A stretch of DNA of 64,000 nucleotides from Mobula hypostoma (taxonomy: Eukaryota). A model generated the notes under the pieces. That model saw only the letters and a program-made list of their open reading frames with translations. It did no database searches and was not told the origin of the DNA. Below are positions 48,856 through 62,138 of this stretch, piece after piece. How positions within the stretch are numbered: the stretch's first letter is position 1; every line of letters starts with the position of its first letter. Both the position numbers and the translations under genes were made by a program. Where the stretch lies: assembly GCF_963921235.1 (NCBI RefSeq), contig NC_086097.1, positions 107,696,001 through 107,760,000 of the forward strand, written 5' to 3'.

Positions 48856-49813
48856 TGTTGGCAGAATTCCAGATGGTGATGAGGAGATACCAGATGTACA
48901 GGAGTGAGATAGATCAGCTGGTTGAGTGGTGTCGCAACATCCTTGCACTCAATGTCAGTAAGGCCAAGGAATGGATTGTAGACTTCAGGATGTGGAAGTC
49001 GAGGGAACACACACCAGTCCTCATCGTGGAATCAGCAGCAGAAAGGGTGAGCAGTTGCAAATTCTTGAGTGTCAACATTTCTGAAGATCTATCCTGGGCC
49101 CAACATATTGATATAAATACAGTTGCTATATTTCATCAAGCATGTGAGGATAATTGGTATGTCACCAAAGACTCTGGAAAATTTCTGCAAATGTACCACG
49201 GAGAGCATTCTAACTGGTTGCATCATTGTCTGATATGGAGGGGATAGTTCAAAGGATTGGAAAAGCTACATAAATTTGTAAACTCAGCTAGCTGCATCAT
49301 GGGCATTAGCCTCCCAGCATTGAGGAGACCTTCAAAAGGTGATTCCTCAAAAAGGCGGCATCCATCATTAAGGGCCCCCATCACCCAGGACCCCCATCAC
49401 CCAGGACATGCCCTCTTCTCATTGAAGCCATCAGAGAGGAGGTACAGGAGCCTAAGGTCACACACTCAACATTTCAAGAACAGCTTCTTCCCCTTTACCA
49501 TCCAATTTCTAAATGGACAATGATACCTCATCATTTTTTTAAATCTCTTTTTGCAATTCTTATTTAGTTTTTCATATATACTTCATATTTTTGTTATGTA
49601 TTGCAATGTACTGCTACTGCAAAACAACAAATTTTATTACTTATGCCAGTGATATTAAACCTGATTCTGATTCTAGATTGAACAGATCACTTCCTTGATG
49701 GACAATAATGAAGAAGTTGCTTTTTTGTGACAACCCAGAAGTTATCACAGTGCTTTATGTTTTTGATATTTACCAATGATTTAGAAAATTTACTGAGTTT
49801 GATTTCACCATTT

Positions 49814-49850
49814 CTATTGGCAGTATTTTGTTGCAAGATATCCTGGGTCC
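49814..49850 (-). CDS. Candidate exon start (phase-2 reading (Q)DPGYLATKYCQ*)
   Basis: Acceptor GCATTCTTTAG; phase-compatible with 52161-52287. The other two frames stay open to a GT near 49775. Confidence 0.3.
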
Positions 49851-49934
49851 CTAAAGAATGCAGTAACCACGGTAATAGCACATCATATTTCTAGAACCAC
49901 TTACACTAAACATTTGCATAATCCTCAATCACTT

Positions 49935-51530
49935 TAGCTACCTCTTTCAGAACCCTAGAGCATGGTCTATCTAGTCCAGGTGTCTTACCTGCCTTCCATC
50001 TTTTCAGCTTCCCAAACACCTTCTCCTTAGTTATAGCAATGACACCCACTTCTGTCCTCTGACACTCACATTTCTAGCTTTCAAGAATCACTAGATTCCA
50101 GAATGGTTCTTAAATACTGGAAAATTGCAAATACTGGAAAATTGCAAATGTCTTTAAGAAGGGAGTGAAGGCAGAAGAAAGGAATTTACAGGCCAGTTAG
50201 CCTGACTTCTGTGGTTGGAGAGGTGTTGGAGTCTATTATTAAGAATAAAATTTTCGGGTATTTGGAGGCACATGATAAAGTAGGCCAAAATCAGTATGAT
50301 TTTCTAAAGGGGAAATATTGTCTAAGAAATCTTGGAATTTTTAGAGGAAATAACAGGCAGGATAGGCAAAGGAAAGTCAGTGGATGTTGACTGCTTGGAT
50401 TTTCTGAAGGCCTCTGACAATGTGCTGCAGATGAAACTGCAAAATAAAAGAGCATGTATTATGCAGAAGGTACTAGAATGGATAGAAGATTGGCTGACTG
50501 GCAGGAGACAGAGAGTGGGAGTAATTGGGATCTTTACTGTTTGGCTGCCAGTGACTTGTGGTGTGCCACAATGGTTGGTGTTGGGATCACTGCTTTTCAT
50601 GTTGTATGTCAATGATTTGAATGAAGGCATTGAGAGCTTTGTGGCCATTTTTACAGGCAATATGAAGACAGGTGGACAGGCAGGAAGTGTTGAGGAACAG
50701 GGTGGCTGCAGAGGGACTTAGATTGGGGGAAAGGGCAAGAAAGTGGCATGGAATACCGTGTAGGGAACTGCATGGTCATGCACTTTGGGAGAAAGAATAA
50801 AGGCATGGACTATTTTATAAAAGTGAGAGCATCCAAAAATCAGAGGTGTAGAGGGAATTGGAAGTCCTTGTGCAGGGTGCTCTAAAGGTTAACTTTCAGG
50901 TTGAGTTGGTGGTAAGGTAGGCAAATGCAATATTAGCATTCATTTCGAGAGGATTAGAATACAAAAGCATGGGTGCATTGCTGAGGCTTTATAAGGCATC
51001 AGGCAGACTGTAGTTGGATTGTTGGGAGTGTTTTAGGCCCTTTATCTAAGAAAGGATGTGCTGGTATTTGAGAGAGTCCAGAGGATGTTCCCAAGAATGA
51101 AAGGGTTAACATACAAGGAACGCTTGATGGCTCTGGGCCTGTACTCGCTGGAGTTTAGAGGTATTAGCGGAGATCTCATTGAAACCTGTTGAATATTGAA
51201 AGGCCTAGATAGAATGGATGTGGAGAGAATGATTCCTATAGTGGGAGAGTCTGGGACCAGATAGCACAACTTCATAATTGAGGAATGTTCATTCAGACCA
51301 GAGATGAGGAAAATTTTCTTTAACCAGAGAGTGGTGAATCTGCAGACCGAGGACTGGGTATATTTAAGGTAGAGGTTGATAGGTTCTTGATTAATCAGAG
51401 TATCAAAGGTTACGGGGAGAAAGCAGGAGAATGAGGTTGAGAGGGATAATAAATTAGACATGATAGAATGGCAATATAGACTTAGTGGGCCATATGGCCT
51501 AATTCAGCTCCTAGGTCTTATGGTCTATTA
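49935..51530 (+). mobile_element. CR1 LINE with an inverted 5' segment (49935-50077 on the minus strand)
   Basis: The minus piece encodes ITKEKVFGKL..KTPGLD..RVL, which normally precedes the plus-strand FQESLDS..WKIAN. Confidence 0.8.
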
Positions 51531-52160
51531 TCCACCCATTACCAGCTCCCAATTCCCTCCCCTCTGTGGCACAACCTACCTGTCATCTTTCACCCCTCCT
51601 CAATTCACCATCACCTCAGGTTCAAACAAAAGAAAATCTGCCGATGCTGGAAATCCTCTTCGATCCGTACGCCCTGACTCCGTCTCGTAAATGCCTTGAC
51701 CTCGCTCACCTTTGCCTTTGCTCGACTTTGCCTTGCACCCATACACTTCGACCCTCGACTCAGCCTCACCCTCTCTCACCTCTTCCTTGTTTGCGGTGAT
51801 CATTTACCATAATTTTTTACAGGAAAAGTGTTATTAATAAAGAACTTAGTTGTATTCTGAATCCATTTTCGACAGTGACTTAGTGTTTTTAGAACAATGA
51901 CAGTATTCATAATTTTCAGTAATGGAGCAGTTCAGAGAAGGACACCTAATTCATTCAATGATCTAATAAAAACATCAGTGTTTTTGGATAATGGTTGATT
52001 CTTTATAAGAAAGGGTGTTTGCTGTTCACAGAGCTGCTGAATTGGCTTAATCATGCTTAAGGTAAGCTGGGTAACCAACAGGAGAATTGCACAGCTACAT
52101 ACAGGAAAATTAATAAGTCTGCAACTCCCATACAGGAAGCTTTCTCGGAGCTGCACTTAC

Positions 52161-52287
52161 TGACGTAGAGTATAGGGAAGCTCCAGCAGGACAGGTAAAG
52201 AACCAGGATGACTCAACTTCACACAATGGAAATCATCCAAAGAGAAAGTTTCAAAAGGGTCAACCGAGGAAAAGATGGACGCAGCAT
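52161..52287 (-). CDS. Probable internal coding exon of an unidentified host gene (AASIFSSVDPFETFSLDDFHCVKLSHPGSLPVLLELPYTLR)
   Basis: Acceptor TCTCACTTCACAATTCCACTTAG and consensus donor GTAAGT; 127 nt with a single open frame (phase 1 in, phase 2 out); unique sequence. Confidence 0.55.
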
Positions 52288-53289
52288 CTAAGTGGAATTG
52301 TGAAGTGAGATAGTATTCTGTATGGGGAGTATTAGAAGAACTAAAGTTAGAAGGGTTTTTTTTAGTAATACACAACCCAGCTATCAGGAATTCCAATGAC
52401 TCACCGGATGATGTTTGCTGCTCTTCATTTCATGCTCCCTTCCAACTCTTTGGTTCACACTCTGGCCCTGGTACACACTTTTGCTTTAAACTTATTGGAT
52501 TCAATGGAAAATGTATTATATTACTATGTAACATCTTTAAAAAACATGGATTTTGTCGGGAAGTTAAAAATTATGTTAGAAATATCATCCAATGGTCTGT
52601 ACTGATTTGTGAGACTTGAGAATATTTTGATATTGATTGATAAATGTGATTCCTGCCACAAATAATTGGTTATATTGGTTTAAGTTTAGTTTGGAAGTTA
52701 CAACTAATGTTTTCATAGTTACGTGTAGTCAAAGTAACACTCTAATACAGAATCTGAGGTTTGACAGAGGTGGAGCCTGTTGGAGAAGTCATCCATGGGA
52801 TTTATCAGCATTCAGGATATATACTTCATATGTTGATTAGTATTATGGTTGAGAAGAATAAAGAAATGGGTAATATTTACCAATAATTAGCAAATAAATA
52901 GTTACTCGTATGCTGATTGGCATGATAGCTAAACTTACATGAATAGTCATTTTTTGTTCTGGGTTTGTTGCATTCTTAAAGGGAAAGCAGTGTAGTATAT
53001 AGAGAGCATACATAATTTTAAGAAAAATGAGTATCACCAGGTAAGATTTTAGATATATTATTGCTTTAGTCGTAACTAGATAAAAATAGAAAATGCTAGA
53101 GATATTAAATGCTGCTAAGTATTAAATGTTTCTCATCTTCAACATAGGATACTTAGAAGTTTTATTCCTGTTAATTGTCTTACTGAATAGTGATGTAGAA
53201 GAACAGATGCTGCATACCACATTAATCTTAGCAAGGAAGATGCTGCCAAAGTGTCAGGAAAAGACGATGTCGGGCTAAAAGTTGAAATC

Positions 53290-56200
53290 TCCAAGAAGGC
53301 CATATCTTGTAGTGGTTTAGAGGCTTGTGTGCCTCAATGACCAGGAAGGCTATGCTGCCTGGAGTCAGGGCTTTATGTTTTGGCTCTTGGTAAGTCACCC
53401 ATGCCAAGCAGGTCAAAGGGTAGATGCTAGATTAGAATGGTCCACTGATTCTCCAGATTCGAAAGTTCAGCTCAGAGCTAATAACCCTGACTGGTCAAAC
53501 AAAACTTTTATGGAAATATCAATGAAGAATCTTTCTGTATCTGTGTGCAGCAGTATTCTTGAGTCTCTAACTGGGACATGATGGCTGACAGCAGTGAAAA
53601 CCAAGAGGAAGCTACTGGCATGATGAAGGAAGCACCGAACACCAACAAGACCAAGACAAAAGTTGGCTTCTGGAATGTACAAATCATGAACAACACTGTC
53701 AAAACTAGCATAAATAACAGGAGAAATGCATAGTTACAGCCTACATATACTGGGTGTCAGTGAAAGCAGATGGCAGACGAAAGGCAGAAACTGGTGAAAC
53801 AGTTCTATACCTAGGAAGGGAAAATGGTTAGCATCATGATGGTGTAGCTGTCGTTTTGAAGAAAGGCATTGAGAAGTGCTTGCAGAAACCAATCAACAGT
53901 AGGCTGATGAGAATCAGACTGAAAGGGAAGCAAATGAACATGACTGTGATCCATACTGTGTTCCAACTAATGATAGTGACATTGATGAAAAGGAATTTTT
54001 CTAGGAACAGCTGCAATTGGAGGTAGAGTTAACACCACACCATGACATAATTATCGTCATGGGAGATTGAAATGCCAAAGTGGGAAATAACAACTCACTC
54101 TTCACTAAAGTCATGGACACACGTGGATGTGGAACGATGAATAACAATGGTGAAAGGCTGGTGGAATTCTGCACCAAGAACAATCCGGTCATAGGAGTGA
54201 CCCTCTTTCCACACTGTGAAAACCACAAACTGACTAGGTGTTCAACCAATGGATGCAATAAGAACCAAATTGACCACTTAATGATCAATGCTTTGTGGAG
54301 ACGATCCTTGCAGGATGTAAAGGTGAAGAGAGGAGCAGATACAGGAAGTGATCACCACCTTGTTGTAGCAGTGATGAAACTCAAGTTGAGAAGCACTGAG
54401 ACCAGAACACATGCACCAACACATTTTGATGTTGAGAAAGTCAAGGACATCAGTGTTAGATCTGCCTTCTCCATAGAATTGATTTCAGGCCTTGCAAGAC
54501 TTTGAAGAGGATGCATCAGTAGACAAGATTGACACAATATGGAAACAGATTGCCTCAGTCTTCAAGGAGAGCGGTAAAGAATGTCTAGGATGCAGAGCTG
54601 GAAAGAAGAATAAAGAATAGATAAAACAGGAAACATGGATAGTTTAGAAAAAAGATAGAAAATTAAGAAGAAAGTATGAGATGCAAAGTTAATATAACTT
54701 AAGGTGAAATTTCAACTAGCATTCACTGAAGCTAACAAGAAAGTGAAGAGACTTGTAAAAGTCTGCATGGAAGACCTTACAGTGCAGGCCAAAGAAGCAA
54801 CCAGTCAAGGTGACTAGGGAAATATATGTAAGATTTCAAAATTGGTATGCGGAAAGTTCTAGGCCAGATCCAGTGGTCCAGTGAGAGAAAACAACGGTCT
54901 ACTTTTAACAAGAGAGAAAGAGCAAGAAGTACGATGGACAGAGTATTTCAGAGAATTACTGAATAGACCACCAGATGAAAAAACTGACATACAAGGGGCA
55001 GCAGAATACCTCAACATCAGCACAGATCCACCCAGAAAAGAAAAGATTGTCACTATGATTAAATTACTAAGAAGCAGCAAGGCTCCAGCACATGACAATT
55101 TGAATGCCCAACTGTTCAAAGATGAACCAAAGTTGCAACGGAGACAACAGTGTGTGAATTTTGTGGACTTTGTGGCTTTTGACACCATCCACAGAGAGAA
55201 CCTCTGGTAAATTCTCAGATCATACAGGATCCCTTCCAAATTGTCCAGCTCATCCAGCTTACCACCTGCACAGTTAGGAGTGCAATTGGAGCTTTGAAGT
55301 CACAACAGGAGGCAGGCAAAGCTGTGTGATGTTGGCGATATTTTTTAACCTGGTGATTGGCTAGGTTATGATGTAAACAATGAAAAATTAGCAGAGCGGC
55401 GTTAGATGCAGCTTAATGTGAAAAAGACTAAGGAGCTGGTAGTAGACCTGAGGAGAGCTAAGGTACCGGTGACCCCTGTTTCCATCCAGGGGGTCAGTGT
55501 GGACATGGTGGAGGATTACAAATACCTGGGGATACGAATTGACAATAAACTGGACTGGTCAAAGAACACTGAGGCTGTCTACAAGAAGGGTCAGAGCTGT
55601 CTCTATTTCCCGAGGAGACTGAGGTCCTTTAACATCTGCTGGACGATGCTGAGGATGTTCTACGAGTCTGTGGTGGCCAGTGCTATCACGTTTGCTGTTG
55701 TGTGCTGGGACAGCAGGCTGAGGGTAGCAGACACCAACAGAATCAACAAACTCATCCGTAAGGCCAGTGATGTTGTGGGGATGGAACTGGACTCTCTCAC
55801 GGTGGTGTCTGAAAAGAGGATGTTGTCTAAGTTGCATGCCATCTTGGTCAACATCTCCCATCCACTACATAATGTACTGGGTGGGCACAGGAGTACATTC
55901 AGCCAGAGACTCATTCCACCGAGATGCAGCACAGAGCGTCATAGGAAGTCATTCCTGCCTGTGGCCATCAAACTTTACAACTCCTCCCTTGGAGGGTCAG
56001 ACACCCTGAGCCGATAGGCTGGTCCTGGACTTATTTCATAATTTACTGGCATAATTTACATATTACTATTTAACTATTTATGGTTCTATTACTATTTATT
56101 ATTTATGGTGCAACTGTAACGAAAACCAATTTCGCCCTGGGATCAATAAAGCATGACTATGACTATGACTAGGACTAGGTGGACTCTATTCTCTACTTTA

Positions 56201-56960
56201 GAAGATCTTGACTTTGCAGATGACCTTGCATTACTAACACATACACACCAGCACGTGCAAGAGAAAACACTGTGCCTGTGAACCTTTGGTGGACGGTTTG
56301 GACTCAGAGTCAGCCGGAGAAAGACTGAGTCCATGACCCTCAATGTAGGATCTCCTCCTCCCAACAAGGCATATGGTGTTGACTTACCCAGCACCGGCAG
56401 TTTCACCTACCTAGGTAGTATCATTCAGCAGGAAGGTGGGACCAAGGACAACATCCAGTGCAGACGCAGCAAAGTTAGATATGTCTTCACAGCGATGAGC
56501 AACATATGGGGATCAATCAAGTACAATGTCCACACCAAGGTGAAGCTGTACCCGAGCTGTGTTCTGTCCACACTCTTGTACGGTTCAGAATGCTGGTGGA
56601 TAACAAAGAATGACCTTGCCAATCTGTCATTATTTCATACCATGAGCCTCTGGAAGATCCACTGCATCTTTTGGCCAAGAAGTATCTTCGACCATGCCCT
56701 ACTCCTTCAGTGTTGGAGATGGATTGGGCACGTGATGAGAAGGGAGGTCAACTCCATCATCAAGACAGCACTTCACTGGACACCTGAAGGGTGGGGGAAA
56801 TGCGGGAGACCAAGGACAACTTGGTGCCATGTCATATCATAGAGGTAGAAATGAGGACCCTAAAACACATCTGGGGAACACGATAGCCAAGGACAGACAG
56901 AGGTGGGGGACCTGCATTGCTGCCCTAAACTCCAGTGATAATGGGCAGTACGTAAGTAAG
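53290..56960 (+). mobile_element. Near full-length decayed RTE LINE
   Basis: 5' UTR, endonuclease (VGFWNV, GVSESRW, MGD.NAKVG, NQIDH, SDHHLV), RT (LDFADDL, LLYGSECW, WIGHV) and (GTAA)n tail. Confidence 0.92.
55405..56172 (+). mobile_element. Young Rex1/Babar LINE 3' part nested in the RTE
   Basis: Open 203-aa ORF (QLNVKKTKELVVD, YKYLG, HPLH, TERHRKSFLP); AATAAA plus (ATGACT)n; splits the RTE sequence GVR|WTLFS. Confidence 0.93.
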
Positions 56961-57099
56961 AAGTTGAAAAGTGGAGGTGTCAGGAAGGCTAACGATATTT
57001 AAATTACCTTGACTATCTGGATTGCTGTGGGAAGGAATGGTGCATAGAGGCATCTATAGAATCAGGAATGGTGTCTGAGGACTGGACAATGTTAAATAA

Positions 57100-57605
57100 A
57101 GTCAGAGAGTCGTAGTTCACTACAGCACAGAGACAGGGCCTTCAGCATGTAGTCCAGGCCAAACCTGTCCCACTGACCGTAGCCCAGCATACCCCTCCCA
57201 TCCATAGATTCCCCTTCAGGCAGAAACCTTGCCTTTCTTTAGCATTTGCCTGTTATTTTTTCATGAGGCCGAGTTGCGAGCTTGATGTTCAACCTAACGC
57301 AGATGGAAAGTGTGTAAGCAGCTGGCTGGATTTGAACCTGGGACCACTCGCCTCACGTCTGGTGCAGATGCCACCACACCACCAGCCATCCATGTACTTA
57401 TCCAAATAGTTCTTAAATGTTGAAATCGAATCTGCATCCATCTCCTCTGCGGGCAGCTGGTTCCACACGCACACCACCCTCTGATTGAAGAAGAGTCCCC
57501 TCAGGTTCCCCTTAAATATTTCACATTTTACCCTTAACCTATGACCTCTACTCCTAATAGCAACCATTTTCAGTGGAAAAAACCTGCCTGCATTTACCCT
57601 ATCAT
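57100..57605 (-). mobile_element. CR1 3' end interrupted by a SINE
   Basis: RGHRLRVK..FFNQRVVCVWNQLP. Confidence 0.85.
57206..57387 (-). mobile_element. tRNA-derived SINE
   Basis: A box TGGTGTGGTGG, B box GGTTCAAATCC, flanking (CC)ATCCAT duplication. Confidence 0.75.
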
Positions 57606-57914
57606 ATTTTTGCATACTAATGTTACACCTTTGTTCAAACATTTTGTATAAACGTTACACCTTTGTTCAAATAAGGTCCTGAAGATAAATTTGGCAACTA
57701 AATTCAGGCAGTTTAATCTCAGTGAAACAAAGAAAATTTAAAAATAATAATTAGGATCAAAATTAACAATCATTTAGGCATGCATAGAGAAAGACAATCT
57801 GGTTTTGCTAAAGGCAAATCGTGTTCAACAATATGAAGTTTTTAGATGAGAAAGGGAAAGGGTCAGTGAGGGAAATTGTTGAAATGGTGTGTAAGGAATG
57901 TTAAAAGGTATTCA

Positions 57915-58670
57915 GAATCAGAATTATTATCACTGGCATACTGTATGGCTTGAAATTTGTTCTTTACAGCAGCAGTACAATGCATTACATGATAATAGAG
58001 AAAAAATCTGTGAATTACAGTAAGTATATATAAATTAAATAGTGCAAAAATAAAAATAAAAAAATTAGTGAGGTAGTGTTCGTGGGCTCAATGTCCATTC
58101 AGAAATTGGATGGCAGAGGGGAAGAAGGTGTTCCTGAATCATTGAGTGGGTGCCTTCAGGCTCCTGTACCTTCTTTCTGATGGGAGTCCTTAATGATGGA
58201 TGCTGTATTTTTGAGGAATCACTCCTCGAATATGTCCTGGACACTACGGAGGCTAGCGCCCATGATGGAGCTGACTATGTTTACAACTCTCTGCAGCTTA
58301 TTTCGATGCTGTGCAGTCATGCCCCCACACCTTAATAGACAGGGATGCAGCCAGTTAGAATGCTCTTCAATGTACAGCTGTAGAAATTTTAGAGTAACTT
58401 TGGTGACATACTAAATCTCCTCGAACTCCTAATGAAGTATAACCACCATCATGCCTTCTTTGTAGCTGCATTGATATGTTGGGCCCAGGATAGATCCTCA
58501 GAGGTATTGACACCCAGAAACTTGAAATTGCTCATCCTTTTCACTTCTGATTCCTCTATCATAGGAGGACTGGTGTGTGCTCCCTCATCTTACCCTTTCT
58601 GAAGTCCACAGTCAGTTCTTTGGTCCTATTGATGTTGAGTGCAAGGTTGTTCCTGCAACCCCACTCAACC
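57915..58670 (-). mobile_element. Rex1/Babar-type LINE 3' part
   Basis: (ATTCAG)n tail and similarity to 9960-12380; another copy lies at ~60655-60950. Confidence 0.75.
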
Positions 58671-59554
58671 AGCTGATTACTTCCTACAATGAGAAACGTA
58701 ACATCATGAATGACAGTGATACTTCCCTCCCAGATGAGCTCAACATTTTTTATGCTTGCTTTGAAACTATAAATTACAAAGTGTATCCATTCAGATATTT
58801 GTGCCAGTGTTGATTGTCAGCAAGGAAGAGTGGAGGAGATGCTTGATAGAGTGCTACTTTATAATGTTATCAAGATTGAAATCCACAGGATAAAATCGGC
58901 TGTAGCAGGATAGATAGAAAATTGGCTGAATAGTAACAAATAAAAAGTAGTACTGAAAGTTTGCATTTCAATCTAGAGAGAAATGTACAACAGAATACCC
59001 GTAGGTTCTATGTGAGTAATGTTGCGTTTCTTAATGTATGCTAATGATCTGTACTTGGTACACTGAGCCAATGTTTCCAAATTTTTAGATGACAGAAAAC
59101 ATATGAAAGCAATTATGGGGAGCACAGTTACAGATTTCAAGAGGAGACCAACAAGCTGGTAGAAATGGTGAATATGGAAAAAGCAAAGTCTTTCATTTTG
59201 CGGGAAAGGATGAGGAGAGACCATGTAAGTTACAGGTCACAATTTAAAAAGGAGTACAAGAACAGAGAGATCAGGGAGCAATATGCTTGAATTTTAGAGT
59301 GACAAGCCAAGTTGAGAAAATGGTTTAAAAAAGCATACCAGATCTTGCAGCTTACAGAGAGAGCTGGTAGAGACCATTGTAAATACGTACCAAAACCAGA
59401 GACCCCCACGGTCGAGTTGCAGAGAATCGTTCTTACCAAACTCACATATCTCTACCCAAAAATTTGAGACATGGAATAAAATTCATTCTTAAGGAATTTA
59501 TTTGTGTGGAGAAATAAATAAATGAACAAAACTAAAAAGAAACAACAAATTTTA

Positions 59555-60235
59555 CCCCCTCCCTCACCTCCAATCAGTCCCTCTACTAGGTGAGGCGACA
59601 CTTCACCTGCGAATCTGCTGGGGTCTTCAATTGTGTCTGGTGCTCCTGATGCAGCCTCCTCTACACTGGTGAGATCCGTAGGAAGTTGGGAGATTGCTTC
59701 GTCAAGCACCCCCACTCCATCTGATAATAGCAGAACTTCCCGATGTCTGAACATTTTGATTCTGATTCCCATTCCATGACCTCCTCTTGTGCCAAGTGAG
59801 GCCACCCTCACTGTGGAAGAACAGCACCTTATATCCCATCTGGGTAGCCTCCAACCTGAAGGCATGAATATCATCTTCTTCTTCTGGTAAAAAAAATTCT
59901 CCACCCTCTTCTTTATTCCTCACCCTGACCTTTTACCTCTTCTCGCCTGCCTATCACTTACCCCTGGTGCCCCTATTCCTTCTCTTTCTCCTATGGTCCA
60001 CTCTCCTCTCCTATCAGATTCCTTCTTCTCCTTCTCTTGACTTTTCCCATCCACCTGGCTTCAACACCTATCACCTTCCAGCTAGCCTCCTTCCCCTCCC
60101 CCAACCTTTTCATTCTGGTATCTTCTCCCTTCCTTCTCAGTCTCTGAGGAAGGGTCTCAGCCCCAAACATCGACTGTTTATTCATTTCTATTGATGCTAC
60201 CTGACTTGCTGACTTCCAGCATTTTGTGTGTGTTG
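59555..60235 (+). mobile_element. Penelope-like element 3' part (GIY-YIG remnant plus hammerhead-bearing end)
   Basis: RHFTCESAG..CV.C, LYTGE and EEQHLISHLGSLQPEGMN; 12-bp TSD CAACAAATTTTA (59543-59554 / 60236-60247). Confidence 0.9.
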
Positions 60236-61209
60236 CAACAAATTTTATCTAATTTTATTTCTTTTAGCTCTCATCGATTGACACATGCACAGATAATTGT
60301 GTGTGTTTTAGTGTGCAAAATGCACTTTTCTGTCTAGCAGTTTTAACATTGTTATTGTTATTTGCTACATTATATTGGTATTGGCTTATTATTTTCACGT
60401 ATCAAGAGAATGCAAAGCTTCTCTTAACTACTGTTCATGTAGATCAAAATCATTCCATATTGCATTGAGGTAGAACAAGATAAAGTCATAACAATAAAGA
60501 TCAGAGTAGGAAAGGAAGTTGAAATGGTGTATAAGCACTTGCAAGAGTTATGTTCTTATTCACCATTTTAATAATGAAGAATAAAGTGTAAAAACTACAG
60601 AGAAAGAGCAGTGCAGGTGAACAATGAAGTGCAAGATCATAACAAGGTAGATTGTCAGAATTAAAATCAGGTTTAATGTCACCGGTATACGTCATGAAAT
60701 TTGTTGACTTTGCAGGCTTTGCAGCTGCAGTACAATGAAATGAATATATAATATACTAAATAGTTAAATTAAATAAGTAGTGCAAAGATAGAAATAAAAA
60801 AGTAGTGAGGCAGAGTTCATGGGTTCAATATCCATTCATAAATTGGATGGCAGAGGGGAAGAAGCCGTTCCCGAATCATTGAGTGTGTGCCTTCAGGCTC
60901 CTGTACCTCTTTTCTGATTGTATCAAGGTGTGTCCCAGCTGATGGGGGTCCTTGTGCGGTCAAGAGTCCATCTTATCTTACTTAGTCATCTATCCCACTG
61001 TTATCAAACGTCTGATAACAGTGGGATAGAAATTGTCCTCGAGTCTGGTGGCATGTCCTACTCTCTTATCTGTGCTTACAAGTATATGTCTTCAGTCAAA
61101 TGGAAGGCTGGAAGGTGCTAAGCAGAGACACAAAATGGTGCTGCCTCTCCATCTTGCTATTCCCTCATATGGTTCCATCTCCCCTTTTTTTCTTCATTCA
61201 TTATCTGTC

Positions 61210-62138
61210 TCCTCCAAGAGGATCACAATCTTGTCATGGCTTGGAGGCTTGCCTGCCTCAGTGACCTGGAGAGCTATGTTGGCAACAGTCAGGGCTTTTT
61301 ATTTGGCTCTTAATAGGGTCACCCATGCCAAACAGGTCAAAGGGTAGAGGCCACACTGAGTGGTCCATCAGGTTCAGGGGTTCAGCTCAGGGCTAACAAC
61401 CCTGACTGGTAAAATAAAATTGTTACGGAAACAGCAATGAAGAATCCTTCTACATCTGAGTGCGATGGTATTCCTGAATCTCCAAACTGCATGAGTGTAG
61501 CAGTTTTGGTCCCCTAATCTGAGGAAAGACATCCTTGCCTTAGAGGGAGTACAAAGAAGGTTCACCAGATTGATTCCTGGGATGGCAGGACTTTCATATG
61601 AAGAAAGACTGGATGAACTGGGCTTGTACTCGTTGGAATTTAGAAGATTGAGGGGGGGATCTGATTGAAACGTATAAGATCCTAAAGGGATTGGACAAGC
61701 TAGATGCAGGAAGATTGTTCCCAATGTTGGGGAAGTCCAGAACGAGGGGTCACAGTTTGAGGATAGAGGGGAAGCCTTTTAGGACCGAGATTAGGAAAAA
61801 CTTCTTCACACAGAGAGTGGTGAATCTGTGGAATTCTCTGCCACAGGAAACAGTTGAAGCCAGTTCATTGGCTATGTTTAAGAGGGAGTTAGATATGGCC
61901 CTTGTGGCTACAGGGGTCAGGGGGTATGGAGGGAAGGCTGGGGGGGGGGGTTCTGAGTTGGATGATCAGCCATGATCATAATAAATGGCGGTGCAGGCTC
62001 GAAGGGCCGAATGGCCTACTCCTGCACCTATTTTCTGTGTTTCTATGTTTCTATGATGAAGGAAGTCCTGAACACCACCAGAGACAGAGAACCTTCAATG
62101 CTGCCCTAAATGCCAGCGGCATAATAGGCAGTAAGTAA
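61210..62138 (+). mobile_element. Bipartite non-autonomous RTE derivative (5' UTR plus last ~50 nt), interrupted by a CR1 at ~61497-62054
   Basis: Aligns by eye to 53290-53655 and then to 56895-56960. Confidence 0.85.
61497..62054 (+). mobile_element. Young CR1 3' end
   Basis: Nearly identical to ~30945-31340; (TTTCTATG)n tail. Confidence 0.93.

Larger units (their letters stand above)
38870..49675 (+). mobile_element. Near full-length decayed Rex1/Babar LINE carrying nested insertions (CR1 tail ~39680-39867, Gypsy 40711-47267, CR1 ~47430-48855)
   Basis: Endonuclease remnants (EHLVVKC, YIPSQ, GKSNHLAVLL); the RT resumes after the Gypsy (GTPQCCVLGPLVYSLYTHD..KFANDTT) and after the CR1 (LNVSKAKE, HHPGHALFSL); (CTGATT)n tail. 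Confidence 0.85.

Noticed and set aside
52032..52200. Plus-strand mini-exons near 52032-52061 and 52135-52194
   Set aside because: The first has stops in all frames, and the second overlaps a better-supported minus-strand exon.
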